Positions 46,505 to 54,145 of a stretch of DNA of 64,000 nucleotides are shown here, piece by piece (position 1 is the stretch's first letter; each line of letters opens with the position of its first letter). The stretch spans positions 187,025-251,024 of the forward strand of contig CAVYZF010000011.1 in the NCBI GenBank assembly GCA_963772955.1, written 5' to 3'. The stretch comes from an uncultured Acidobacteriota bacterium. GTDB taxonomy: Bacteria; Acidobacteriota; Vicinamibacteria; Vicinamibacterales; UBA2999. The notes below the pieces were generated by a model that had not been told where the DNA came from, did not search any database, and saw only the letters and a list, made by a program, of their open reading frames with translations. Position numbers and translations under genes: made by a program.

Positions 46505-47524
46505 ATGCCCGTACGTTCAAAGTGGCAGTCGCTGCCCACTGAGGCGATCAACGCGTTCAGCCTCGGGATCGACAAGCTGGCGGCCGACGACATCGTCGAC
46601 CTGATGCTCAACGAAGATCGCAAGATGCTCGACGCCGTGAGGCGCGAGCGCGAACGCATCGCAGTCGGTGTGGAAATGATCGCGGCAGCACTTCGCAAAG
46701 GCGGACGGATCGTCTTCGTGGGCGCCGGCACGAGCGGCCGCCTCGGCATCCTCGAGTCCGCCGAGATGCCACCGACCTTTGGTACCGAGCCCGAGAACAT
46801 TCAGGCTGTTATGGCCGGCGGCCGCGATGCGATCTTCGCGGCGAAGGAAGGCGTCGAGGATCACTACGAGGAAGGCGCACGCGCTGTCTCGCGTCTCCGG
46901 CCGACGAAGAAAGACATCGTCATTGGCGTGTCGGCAAGCGGCATGACGCAGTTCGTTCGCGGCGCCCTCACGATCGCCCGCAAGGTCGGCGCCCGTATCA
47001 TCTTCGTGACCTGCGACCCCGGCACCGAGTTGCAGACGTTCGTCGATCTGACGATCGCGCCGGGTGTCGGTGCTGAAGTGATCGCCGGCTCAACGAGACT
47101 CAAGGCGGGCACGGCCACAAAGCTCGTGCTGAACATGTTGACCACAGGTGCGATGATTCGCACCGGCAAGACCTACGGGAACTTGATGGTCGACGTGCAG
47201 ACGGGATCCGAGAAGCTCAAGGATCGCGCACGGCGAATCGTGAACATCGTCACCGGCCTCGAATACGACGAAGCGGACCGTCTACTCAAGGTCGCTCACT
47301 TCAACGTGAAGGCCGCGATCGTCATGCAGAAGACGGGCTTGTCGTACACCAAGGCGCTTTCTCGCCTGCGAAAAGCGCACGACTCGATGCGTGAAGCGTT
47401 GGGTGAGGATATCGAGGCGCGCCTGCGCGGCCTGCTCCAGGGTCACGCGGAAGCGGCCGCGGTAGCGAACGAGTTCAGTACCGTAAAGCCGGGCGAGGAC
47501 GCTGCCCGGAAGCGACGGTCATAG
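46505..47524 (+). CDS. murQ: N-acetylmuramic acid 6-phosphate etherase
   Basis: 339-aa ORF with a SIS domain (GGRIVFVGAGTSGRLGILESAEMPPTFG...GVSASGMT) and a MurQ-type C-terminus. Confidence 0.88.
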   Translation: MPVRSKWQSLPTEAINAFSLGIDKLAADDIVDLMLNEDRKMLDAVRRERERIAVGVEMIAAALRKGGRIVFVGAGTSGRLGILESAEMPPTFGTEPENIQAVMAGGRDAIFAAKEGVEDHYEEGARAVSRLRPTKKDIVIGVSASGMTQFVRGALTIARKVGARIIFVTCDPGTELQTFVDLTIAPGVGAEVIAGSTRLKAGTATKLVLNMLTTGAMIRTGKTYGNLMVDVQTGSEKLKDRARRIVNIVTGLEYDEADRLLKVAHFNVKAAIVMQKTGLSYTKALSRLRKAHDSMREALGEDIEARLRGLLQGHAEAAAVANEFSTVKPGEDAARKRRS

Positions 47525-48247
47525 CGCGGCGGCTGCGGCGCGATCCAAATAGACCTCAACGCGACGATGCAATTGCAGGAACGACGCTGGCAGCGTGGTC
47601 GTGACGGGTCCACGGAGCATCCCGGCGACGGCGGACGCTTTTCGCTCCCCTGTTGCGAGCATCACGATCGTGTCCGCGCGAAGAATCGTGCCCATTCCAA
47701 TTGACAGCGCTTCTTGTGGAACTCGAGACGCGACGCCTCCGAAGGGACCTGCATTCTCCAGTCGGGTGGTTTCGAGCAACGTGACTCGATGCGTTCGCGC
47801 CGCGAGCGCCTCGCCGGGTTCGTTGAATCCGATGTGGCCGTTCACACCAATCCCGAGCAGCACAAGATCAAGGCCGCCAGTTGCGGCGATGGTTTCTTCG
47901 TAGCGTTCGCATTCGACATCCAGGTCGGACGCGACTCCGTTCAGGCCATACGTTCGATTAGGGTCGAGATTGATTCCCGACAGGAGATGCTCGGCCAGGA
48001 ACCGTCGAAAGCTGCCAGCGTGAGTCGAGTCGAGGCCGACGAACTCATCCAGGAGGAATGCCGTCGCCGCCGAGAGGTCGGCTTCCCCTGCTGAGTGGAG
48101 CCGGCATATTTCTGTGTACGTCTCTACTGGTGTTCGACCCGCTGGAAGGCCAAGGACGAGATCGGGAGTACGACGAAGAGTGTCAGCCACGCGTCGAGCG
48201 AGCGCTCGACTCGCCTCCCTTGCCGTCTCGAAGATGGTGACGTCCAA
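47519..48247 (-). CDS. nagB: glucosamine-6-phosphate deaminase (NagB / 6-phosphogluconolactonase fold)
   Basis: ORF 47519..48460, trimmed to TTG 48247, which lies 4 nt after the upstream stop. It has LGLPAGRTPVETY and LLGIGVNGHIGFNEPG motifs. Confidence 0.82.
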   Translation of the reverse strand: MDVTIFETAREASRALARRVADTLRRTPDLVLGLPAGRTPVETYTEICRLHSAGEADLSAATAFLLDEFVGLDSTHAGSFRRFLAEHLLSGINLDPNRTYGLNGVASDLDVECERYEETIAATGGLDLVLLGIGVNGHIGFNEPGEALAARTHRVTLLETTRLENAGPFGGVASRVPQEALSIGMGTILRADTIVMLATGERKASAVAGMLRGPVTTTLPASFLQLHRRVEVYLDRAAAAAL

Positions 48248-48251
48248 GGCC

Positions 48252-49187
48252 CTAGACGTATGACGGCAGCACGAGGGTTCCTCGTGCCGTGGCGAGAGCC
48301 AGCGTGATCGCACCGCGTGCTGGTTCGACATCGAGAGAGCGGACTTCGCTCCGCGGCGCGACCTCGGCCATGCGCTCGCAGACGTCGGCTGAAAGCGCCG
48401 GTATGGCCCTGAAGATTCCTCCCGCAAGAATCGTCGGGAATACGTCGCCGCGCATGCCAAGACCAGTCACGACGGAAGCTGCTGCGCCGACGAGTTCTTC
48501 GGCCGCACGGGCGAGGATATGCGAGGCAACGGCGTCACCGGCGAGCATCGCCTGCTGCACCACGTTGGCAAGGCCGGCCACGAGGGGGCGCTGGAGGCCT
48601 CGATCGTAGATAGCGTGAATCAGCTCGGACGGCGTCGCGAGGTGCATCTCGGCAAGCACGAGCTCAGTCAGACGGGTGGCTGGCCCGCGTCCGTCGAATG
48701 CTCGCACAACGGCAGAGAGCGCCGATCGGCCGATCCAGAATCCGCCCCCTTCGTCACCGAGGAGGTAGCCCCAGCCTCCTGCGCGACACGCGCGCTTGGC
48801 CGCGTCGACGCCGTAAGCAATCGACCCGGTTCCAGCAACGATGACGACTCCGGGTTGCTCGCCGGCGCCGGCCACAAGTGCGACAAGGGCGTCGTTGACA
48901 ACGGTCACGCGCGCCTTGAAGCCAATCCGTCGCATGATGTCCTGAACGGCGCGGGCGTCACTCGGTCGATCGACGCCGGCGATTCCCAGGCAAATCGCGT
49001 CCGGACGGACGTCACGCTGCGCGAGCGTTTCCTCCATCACTTGATGCAGGACCTTCTCGACGCCGAGTTCGCCAGACGCCTGCAGGTTTGCGCCGCCTGC
49101 ATGTGACTCGGCAAGCACGCGACCCGTGTCGTCGGCAAGGAGGCACACCGTCTTCGTACCGCCGGCATCGATGCCCAACACATACAT
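48252..49187 (-). CDS. N-acetylglucosamine kinase-like ATPase (BadF/BadG/BcrA/BcrD family)
   Basis: 311-aa ORF with the ASKHA phosphate-1 motif YVLGIDAGGTKTVCLLAD and a later IVAGTGSIAYG motif. Confidence 0.82.
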   Translation of the reverse strand: MYVLGIDAGGTKTVCLLADDTGRVLAESHAGGANLQASGELGVEKVLHQVMEETLAQRDVRPDAICLGIAGVDRPSDARAVQDIMRRIGFKARVTVVNDALVALVAGAGEQPGVVIVAGTGSIAYGVDAAKRACRAGGWGYLLGDEGGGFWIGRSALSAVVRAFDGRGPATRLTELVLAEMHLATPSELIHAIYDRGLQRPLVAGLANVVQQAMLAGDAVASHILARAAEELVGAAASVVTGLGMRGDVFPTILAGGIFRAIPALSADVCERMAEVAPRSEVRSLDVEPARGAITLALATARGTLVLPSYV

Positions 49188-49224
49188 CGTGAACGCGATA
49201 AGTATGGTACATTCGGCGCGTTAG

Positions 49225-50295
49225 ATGGCGTACGGCCGCAATCAATTCCGCCGCCGCTTCCGGCGTGTCGGCATCCGGCTTCGAGTTGCGTCTGCTGTCG
49301 TGATCGTCGCTGCCGCGCACGTAGTGCTGTCTGCTGCGAGCACGACGTCGTCGCGCGCGTTCTGGATCGCACCGTCGTCGATGTCGTCAACGCTCAATAT
49401 CCGTCGAGCGATTGCGTCGGCAGTGTCGAGCGGCTACGACTCGGTGATGGCCCCAGTCGCGATCGGCGCGCGCAATGATGCCGATGCGTTCGATGCGGGA
49501 GCGGAGCTGCTTCGCGAGGCGCGTGAGCGCGGAGTCGCCGCGCATCTCTCAGTGACGGTGAACGTCGCCGCCAGTGCCGACGAACTTCCTGCATCCAGGG
49601 ATCACGCCATTTACCAGCACCCGGAGTGGTTGATGGTTCCGCGGCAGATCGCAGCGGAGATGCTGAAGATCGATGCGCGCAGCCCCGCCTATCTGGGACA
49701 GATCGCACGTTGGACGCGCGCGAACGCGGATCGCGTCGAGGGGTTGTATGTCTCGCCACTCGATCCAGCCGCGACGATGTATCTCGTGAGCGCGGTGATC
49801 ACTGCCGTGGGACGGTACGCCGTCAACGGCGTGTATCTCGAAGCCGTCGAGTTTCCCGGCGAGGATTTCGACTACAGCAGACACGCGATGGATTTGTTCC
49901 GTACGCGAATGCGCAGCGTGATGTCTCTTACCGAGAAGGCCCGGCTCGATGAGATCGAAGCCATCGATCCCTTCGCGTACCCTGAGGAGTTTCCGGACGA
50001 GTGGCGGCGGTTCAGGGAATCGGCATTGACGGATCTCCTCGAGCAGCTGCGCAGCGGGTTGAGCAACAGGACGCCTGCAATGTCGATTGCAGCAGGCACT
50101 CGCACCGATACGGACGCATCCCTCAGAGAACACTTTCAAGCGTGGCGCACCTGGCTCGATCGAGGGCTCGTCGATCGCGTGGGATATCGCAGCCGTTCGG
50201 CGGGCACGGTCATGCTCTCGACAGACGGCGTGTTCGCCTCGGTCCCAGAGACGCCTTCAGCTGTGCAAGCCGCTGACGCGGGCGGCCCGCGGTAA
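49225..50295 (+). CDS. putative glycoside-hydrolase-like TIM-barrel protein (GHL10/YngK-like)
   Basis: 356-aa ORF with an N-terminal signal anchor. The assignment rests on my memory of family patterns (YVSPLDPAA...VNGVYLEAVEFPGEDFDYS). The function is tentative. Confidence 0.55.
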   Translation: MAYGRNQFRRRFRRVGIRLRVASAVVIVAAAHVVLSAASTTSSRAFWIAPSSMSSTLNIRRAIASAVSSGYDSVMAPVAIGARNDADAFDAGAELLREARERGVAAHLSVTVNVAASADELPASRDHAIYQHPEWLMVPRQIAAEMLKIDARSPAYLGQIARWTRANADRVEGLYVSPLDPAATMYLVSAVITAVGRYAVNGVYLEAVEFPGEDFDYSRHAMDLFRTRMRSVMSLTEKARLDEIEAIDPFAYPEEFPDEWRRFRESALTDLLEQLRSGLSNRTPAMSIAAGTRTDTDASLREHFQAWRTWLDRGLVDRVGYRSRSAGTVMLSTDGVFASVPETPSAVQAADAGGPR

Positions 50296-50304
50296 GCGCT
50301 CGCC

Positions 50305-51369
50305 GTGGCGCCTGCATTTGCCGCGGCACGGCAGTTACTCGAGCAAGCGGCAGCAGACCAGGCCTTCCCCGCTGCCGTCGTCGAAGTAGGCACGGCGCAC
50401 CACCCACTCTGGCAGCAGGCCTTCGGGCATCTCTCGTATCAATCTGGCGCCGCAGCGACACGCGACGACACCGTGTTCGATCTCGCGTCGTTGACCAAAG
50501 TCCTCGCCACGACGCCGCTCGTCATGCGATTGATCGAGCGCGGAGGACTGGGCCTCGACGACCCCGTCTCGACGCGCGTTTCGCTCTGGCGTGATGACGA
50601 TGGTATCGAGCCAGTTACCATCCGTGACCTGCTTGCCCACTGCAGTGGGTTGCCTGCACACCTTCCATTCTTCAAGGAACTCAAGGGACGCGCCGCGTTT
50701 GAACACGCGATCTGCTCGACCGCCCTCACGTACCCGCCGCGATCGAAGTCGATCTACAGCGACCTTGGATTCATGCTCCTCGGCTTCATCCTCGAAGACT
50801 TCGGCTCCCCTCTGTCACTGCAATTCGACACGTTGCGTGAGCAGATGGGCGGCATCCAGGACTTGCAGTTTCACCCGCCGGCGGTGTGGCTGCCGAGGAC
50901 TGCGCCGACCAGGCAGGACGAATGGCGCGCGCGCGTTCTCGTCGGCGAGGTCGACGATGAGAACGCATGGGCGCTTGGGGGCGTCGCAGGACACGCCGGG
51001 CTCTTCGGGACGGCGGCATCAGTAGGCAACTGCGCCCGGCATCTCCTGCAGATCCTCGAAGGCCGGCACGGATCGTTTCAGGAGCAGACGCTGCGCACGT
51101 TCATCACACGACGAGCGGATATACCGGGGAGCTCACGCGCGCTGGGTTGGGACACCATGCTGCCGACGTCCTCGTGTGGGACGCGGGTTTCTCCACGCGC
51201 CTTCGGGCACGTGGGCTTCACCGGAACGTCGTTATGGATTGATCCTGATGCGGCGATCTACGTCGTGCTGCTGACCAATCGCGTGCATCCCACACCGGAC
51301 AACGAGGCGATCAAACAGGTGCGGCCGGCGTTGCATGACGCCGTGATGGCGGAATTCGGAGCCAGCTAG
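50305..51369 (+). CDS. serine hydrolase, beta-lactamase / penicillin-binding-protein-like (class C fold)
   Basis: 354-aa ORF with the SxxK motif FDLASLTKVLAT, a YSD (YxN-like) motif and a C-terminal HVGFTGTSLWIDP (KTG-like HxG) motif. Confidence 0.82.
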   Translation: MAPAFAAARQLLEQAAADQAFPAAVVEVGTAHHPLWQQAFGHLSYQSGAAATRDDTVFDLASLTKVLATTPLVMRLIERGGLGLDDPVSTRVSLWRDDDGIEPVTIRDLLAHCSGLPAHLPFFKELKGRAAFEHAICSTALTYPPRSKSIYSDLGFMLLGFILEDFGSPLSLQFDTLREQMGGIQDLQFHPPAVWLPRTAPTRQDEWRARVLVGEVDDENAWALGGVAGHAGLFGTAASVGNCARHLLQILEGRHGSFQEQTLRTFITRRADIPGSSRALGWDTMLPTSSCGTRVSPRAFGHVGFTGTSLWIDPDAAIYVVLLTNRVHPTPDNEAIKQVRPALHDAVMAEFGAS

Positions 51370-51370
51370 A

Positions 51371-52234
51371 TCAATTGCGGCCGTCGAGTGGAGAGAAGCC
51401 GCCGCGTCCGCGTGTACCACCGAACGGCGTCGGAGTGCTATTGCCTCGACCGGGGCCCACGCCTCCTCGGCCACCCGCTCTCCCTCCGCGTCCTCCTGGC
51501 GTCTGGCCACCCGATCCGGGTGGCGCGCCGGCCTGCGTCGACGCAGCCGTAGCCATGAACAGCCATTCGTTGTACTTGTTCTTGCCGTTGTAGAGCCTCA
51601 GTGACGTCTGAGTGCTCTTGCTGGCGACGGCGAGGATGCCTCCGCCGCCGCCCTGAGCGCTGGCGGCCTGGCCAGCCGCGGTGAAAGGAGTAGCCGTCAC
51701 CCGGTTGCCCATCGATGTCACAGTTCCACCTGCGCCGAGCGGCGTTCCCCGACCGAAACTCGATTGCGTCGATGGTTGCTGTTGGGTTGTTCCACGACTC
51801 GCTGCACCTGTGGTCCCGGCGCCAAATGGTGTGCCGCGTCCACCAGTCGCTCCGGCTCCACGGCCCCGCAGCGCGTCAAGGGCCTGTTGGGGTGTCGTGC
51901 TCATCGCCTGTGCGAGTTCCGGGCTGCCCGCTCCGAGGTACTGAAAGTCCCCACCGGTGATCGGGTCTTTGTATTTCTTCCGAAGGAATTTCTGGTCAAT
52001 CAGGACGTCGACGTCAGGCGGAACCTGATTGCCGTACTTGCGCTGGAAGAGCGCAATGGCGCGAGCGTATTGCTCACCACGAAAGACCAGCTCGGCTTCG
52101 CGTTCACGCCGCGCAACTGTCTGATACACCGGCATCGCGGTGCTCAGCATGATCGCCATCACACTCATCGCGACGAGGAGCGCGGCCATCGCATAGCCGC
52201 GCTCGCATCGCCTGGAGTGCGCACTCCTCATCAA
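51371..52234 (-). CDS. atypical GspG-like pseudopilin with long Gly/Arg-rich (RGG) disordered segments
   Basis: 287-aa ORF. The N-terminal hydrophobic helix (GYAMAALLVAMSVMAIMLS) lacks Glu5. It has a GspG-like core (EAELVFRGEQYARAIALFQRKYGNQVPPDVDVL...KDPITGGDFQY and ILAVASKS...YNEWLF). The tail ends GGRGGRAGGRGGVGPGRG...GTRGRGGF. Confidence 0.72.
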   Translation of the reverse strand: MMRSAHSRRCERGYAMAALLVAMSVMAIMLSTAMPVYQTVARREREAELVFRGEQYARAIALFQRKYGNQVPPDVDVLIDQKFLRKKYKDPITGGDFQYLGAGSPELAQAMSTTPQQALDALRGRGAGATGGRGTPFGAGTTGAASRGTTQQQPSTQSSFGRGTPLGAGGTVTSMGNRVTATPFTAAGQAASAQGGGGGILAVASKSTQTSLRLYNGKNKYNEWLFMATAASTQAGAPPGSGGQTPGGRGGRAGGRGGVGPGRGNSTPTPFGGTRGRGGFSPLDGRN

Positions 52235-53265
52235 AAGTCCCCGAGGAGGAACTGCGTCGATGCCACCAGCGTCTGTCCGTTCGTGAGCGTGATCGTCACG
52301 GTGACCGTCTTCGCCTTCTTCTTGTCATCAGGGTCTGTGTATACGTGAGCGATACTCGGGCCGCTCGTAGTTGCAGACCTGCCGTCACCAAAGTCCCATT
52401 CGAATTTATTGGCCTGAATTGCCGGATCTGCTGGACTGACGGTGACAGTGGCGACGAAACTCACCGTTTGTCCGCCAGAACCTGGTACTGCTGTCGCCGG
52501 GGTCGCAGCTACTGTTGCTGTTGCGACGCCCGCGGGATCGCGACGCGCAACGGTGACCGCGGTGCTCTGCTTTCCGCCCGCGGATGCAGTTACTGTTGCG
52601 GCCCGAGTCGTCGTGAGGCTCACTCTCGCCTGACCGTTTGCGTCGGTCATCGCCGTTGAACTCGAAAGCGTGCCCTCTGACGATGCGAATGTAACGAGGG
52701 TTCCCGGCACGTTGCGACCATTCGCCGCGGCGACGGTCGCGAGAAGGTCGACGGTACCGCCCTCTGAAGGCACCGAGCCGGGGGTCGCTGCGAGGAGAAC
52801 CGTTTCCACACCAGCTCCGCCGACCGTGATTCGCACTGCGTTGCTGTTTGTCGACGCGGGAGTTGTCGTGCCAGTGCCTCCGCCATTACCGGTGCTCGGT
52901 GGCGTTGTTGTCGTGCCACCGGTGCCACCAGATGTCGCCACGACATCGGCGAGCCCGGACACTTCTCCCGCGATGAACGTGGTCACGGCGTAGCCATTCT
53001 TCGTCTGCGCGTCGACCGGATCAATCCGGCCAAGGTTGGTTGCGAAATGAACCGTGGTGCCGTTCTGGACCGCCGTTCCACTTCCCTCAAGGACGAACGC
53101 GGTGATCTCCGTGGTGCCGCCGAGCTGAACGAAGCTGCTCCCGGCGGAGATGGTCAGCGTCGAACCTGTCGGCGCCGTCAGCGGCACGGTGTCGCACGCG
53201 ACGGCCACGATGGCCACGAGCGCCGCGCATACAAAGCTGATTCGACTCAACATCATCATTCCCAT
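52231..53265 (-). CDS. lipoprotein with tandem bacterial Ig-like (Big) domains and a C-terminal PKD-like domain
   Basis: 344-aa ORF with a lipobox (AIVAVAC). It has three Big-like repeats (TLTISAG...TAFVLEGSG, VRITVGGAG...LLATVAAANG, VTASAGGK...) and a PKD motif (FEWDFGDGRSATTSGPSIAHVYT). Confidence 0.75.
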   Translation of the reverse strand: MGMMMLSRISFVCAALVAIVAVACDTVPLTAPTGSTLTISAGSSFVQLGGTTEITAFVLEGSGTAVQNGTTVHFATNLGRIDPVDAQTKNGYAVTTFIAGEVSGLADVVATSGGTGGTTTTPPSTGNGGGTGTTTPASTNSNAVRITVGGAGVETVLLAATPGSVPSEGGTVDLLATVAAANGRNVPGTLVTFASSEGTLSSSTAMTDANGQARVSLTTTRAATVTASAGGKQSTAVTVARRDPAGVATATVAATPATAVPGSGGQTVSFVATVTVSPADPAIQANKFEWDFGDGRSATTSGPSIAHVYTDPDDKKKAKTVTVTITLTNGQTLVASTQFLLGDF

Positions 53266-53678
53266 TCAGAGTAGGGCCTGCCGTCGGACCCCGTTTGATC
53301 GGAGCCGCTCCTCACGTCGGAGATACCTGGCTCGGCTGAAGGATTGGACGGATCGGGATCTGACGGGACCGTCGTCCAGGTGTCGGCCGATCCCGTGAAC
53401 GGATCAGGCGCGATCTTGCGGAGATACTTCTCCGTCACGAGCGCCTGCAGGTCGGCCGGATACTTGCTCTTGTCGGCATAGTATTCGTCGATCGCTTTCC
53501 GCATCTGGAAGAGATCTTCCTTGAGCGCCGCTTCCTTGCCGCGCTGCACGCTGGTGCCGTAGACCGTCAGGCTCACGCCTGCCAGCAGGATCAGCAGCAC
53601 CATGACGATGAGCAATTCGATCAGCGTGAAGCCGTCTAGTCGCCCGCGCAGGTGTGCGGCGTTGTGTCGTCGAAACAT
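53256..53678 (-). CDS. type II secretion GspG-like pseudopilin
   Basis: ORF 53256..53804, trimmed to ATG 53678. It has the prepilin motif G|FTLIELLIVMV with Glu5 and a GspG-like core (KEDLFQMRKAIDEYYADKSKYPADLQAL...PDPFTG). Confidence 0.85.
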   Translation of the reverse strand: MFRRHNAAHLRGRLDGFTLIELLIVMVLLILLAGVSLTVYGTSVQRGKEAALKEDLFQMRKAIDEYYADKSKYPADLQALVTEKYLRKIAPDPFTGSADTWTTVPSDPDPSNPSAEPGISDVRSGSDQTGSDGRPYSEWE

Positions 53679-53680
53679 GT

Positions 53681-54145
53681 TTACCAATCCCGATACTTCG
53701 TTCCGTCGAGCGCCGTCCCGTCGCTCTTCGTGTAGACATCGAACACGTTCTGGCCGCCCCAGGATCGCGAGTCGGGATCGTCCTGATACGAACGCAACCC
53801 CCACTCGTCCCTCGTCATCGGATCGACCGGAACCCGCCGGAGGAACTTCAGCTTCCGCCCGGAGGCATCGTTGGCGACTGACACGCCATCGACGAGCGTT
53901 TCCAAATCCGGCGGATAGCCTTCATTGGCAGGCTCGAGCTCCGTGGACGGAATCAGGCCCTGGTCAACCGCGTCCTTGAACTTGTCCAGTGCCGTCCTCA
54001 TCTCACGCAATGCCCTGTGCAACTCCGCTTCACGCTGTCGCTGCATCGTGACCTGGGCCAGTGGCATCACCGTCGACGCCAGGACCAGCAGGATCGTCGT
54101 GACGACGACCAGCTCGATGAAGGTGAAGCCGCGTTCCGTCCTCAC
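53681..54145 (-). CDS. type II secretion GspG-like pseudopilin
   Basis: 154-aa ORF with the prepilin motif G|FTFIELVVV and a GspG-like core (REMRTALDKFKD...PPDLETLV...VPVDPMT...DVYTKSDGTALDGTKYRDW). Confidence 0.85.
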   Translation of the reverse strand: MRTERGFTFIELVVVTTILLVLASTVMPLAQVTMQRQREAELHRALREMRTALDKFKDAVDQGLIPSTELEPANEGYPPDLETLVDGVSVANDASGRKLKFLRRVPVDPMTRDEWGLRSYQDDPDSRSWGGQNVFDVYTKSDGTALDGTKYRDW

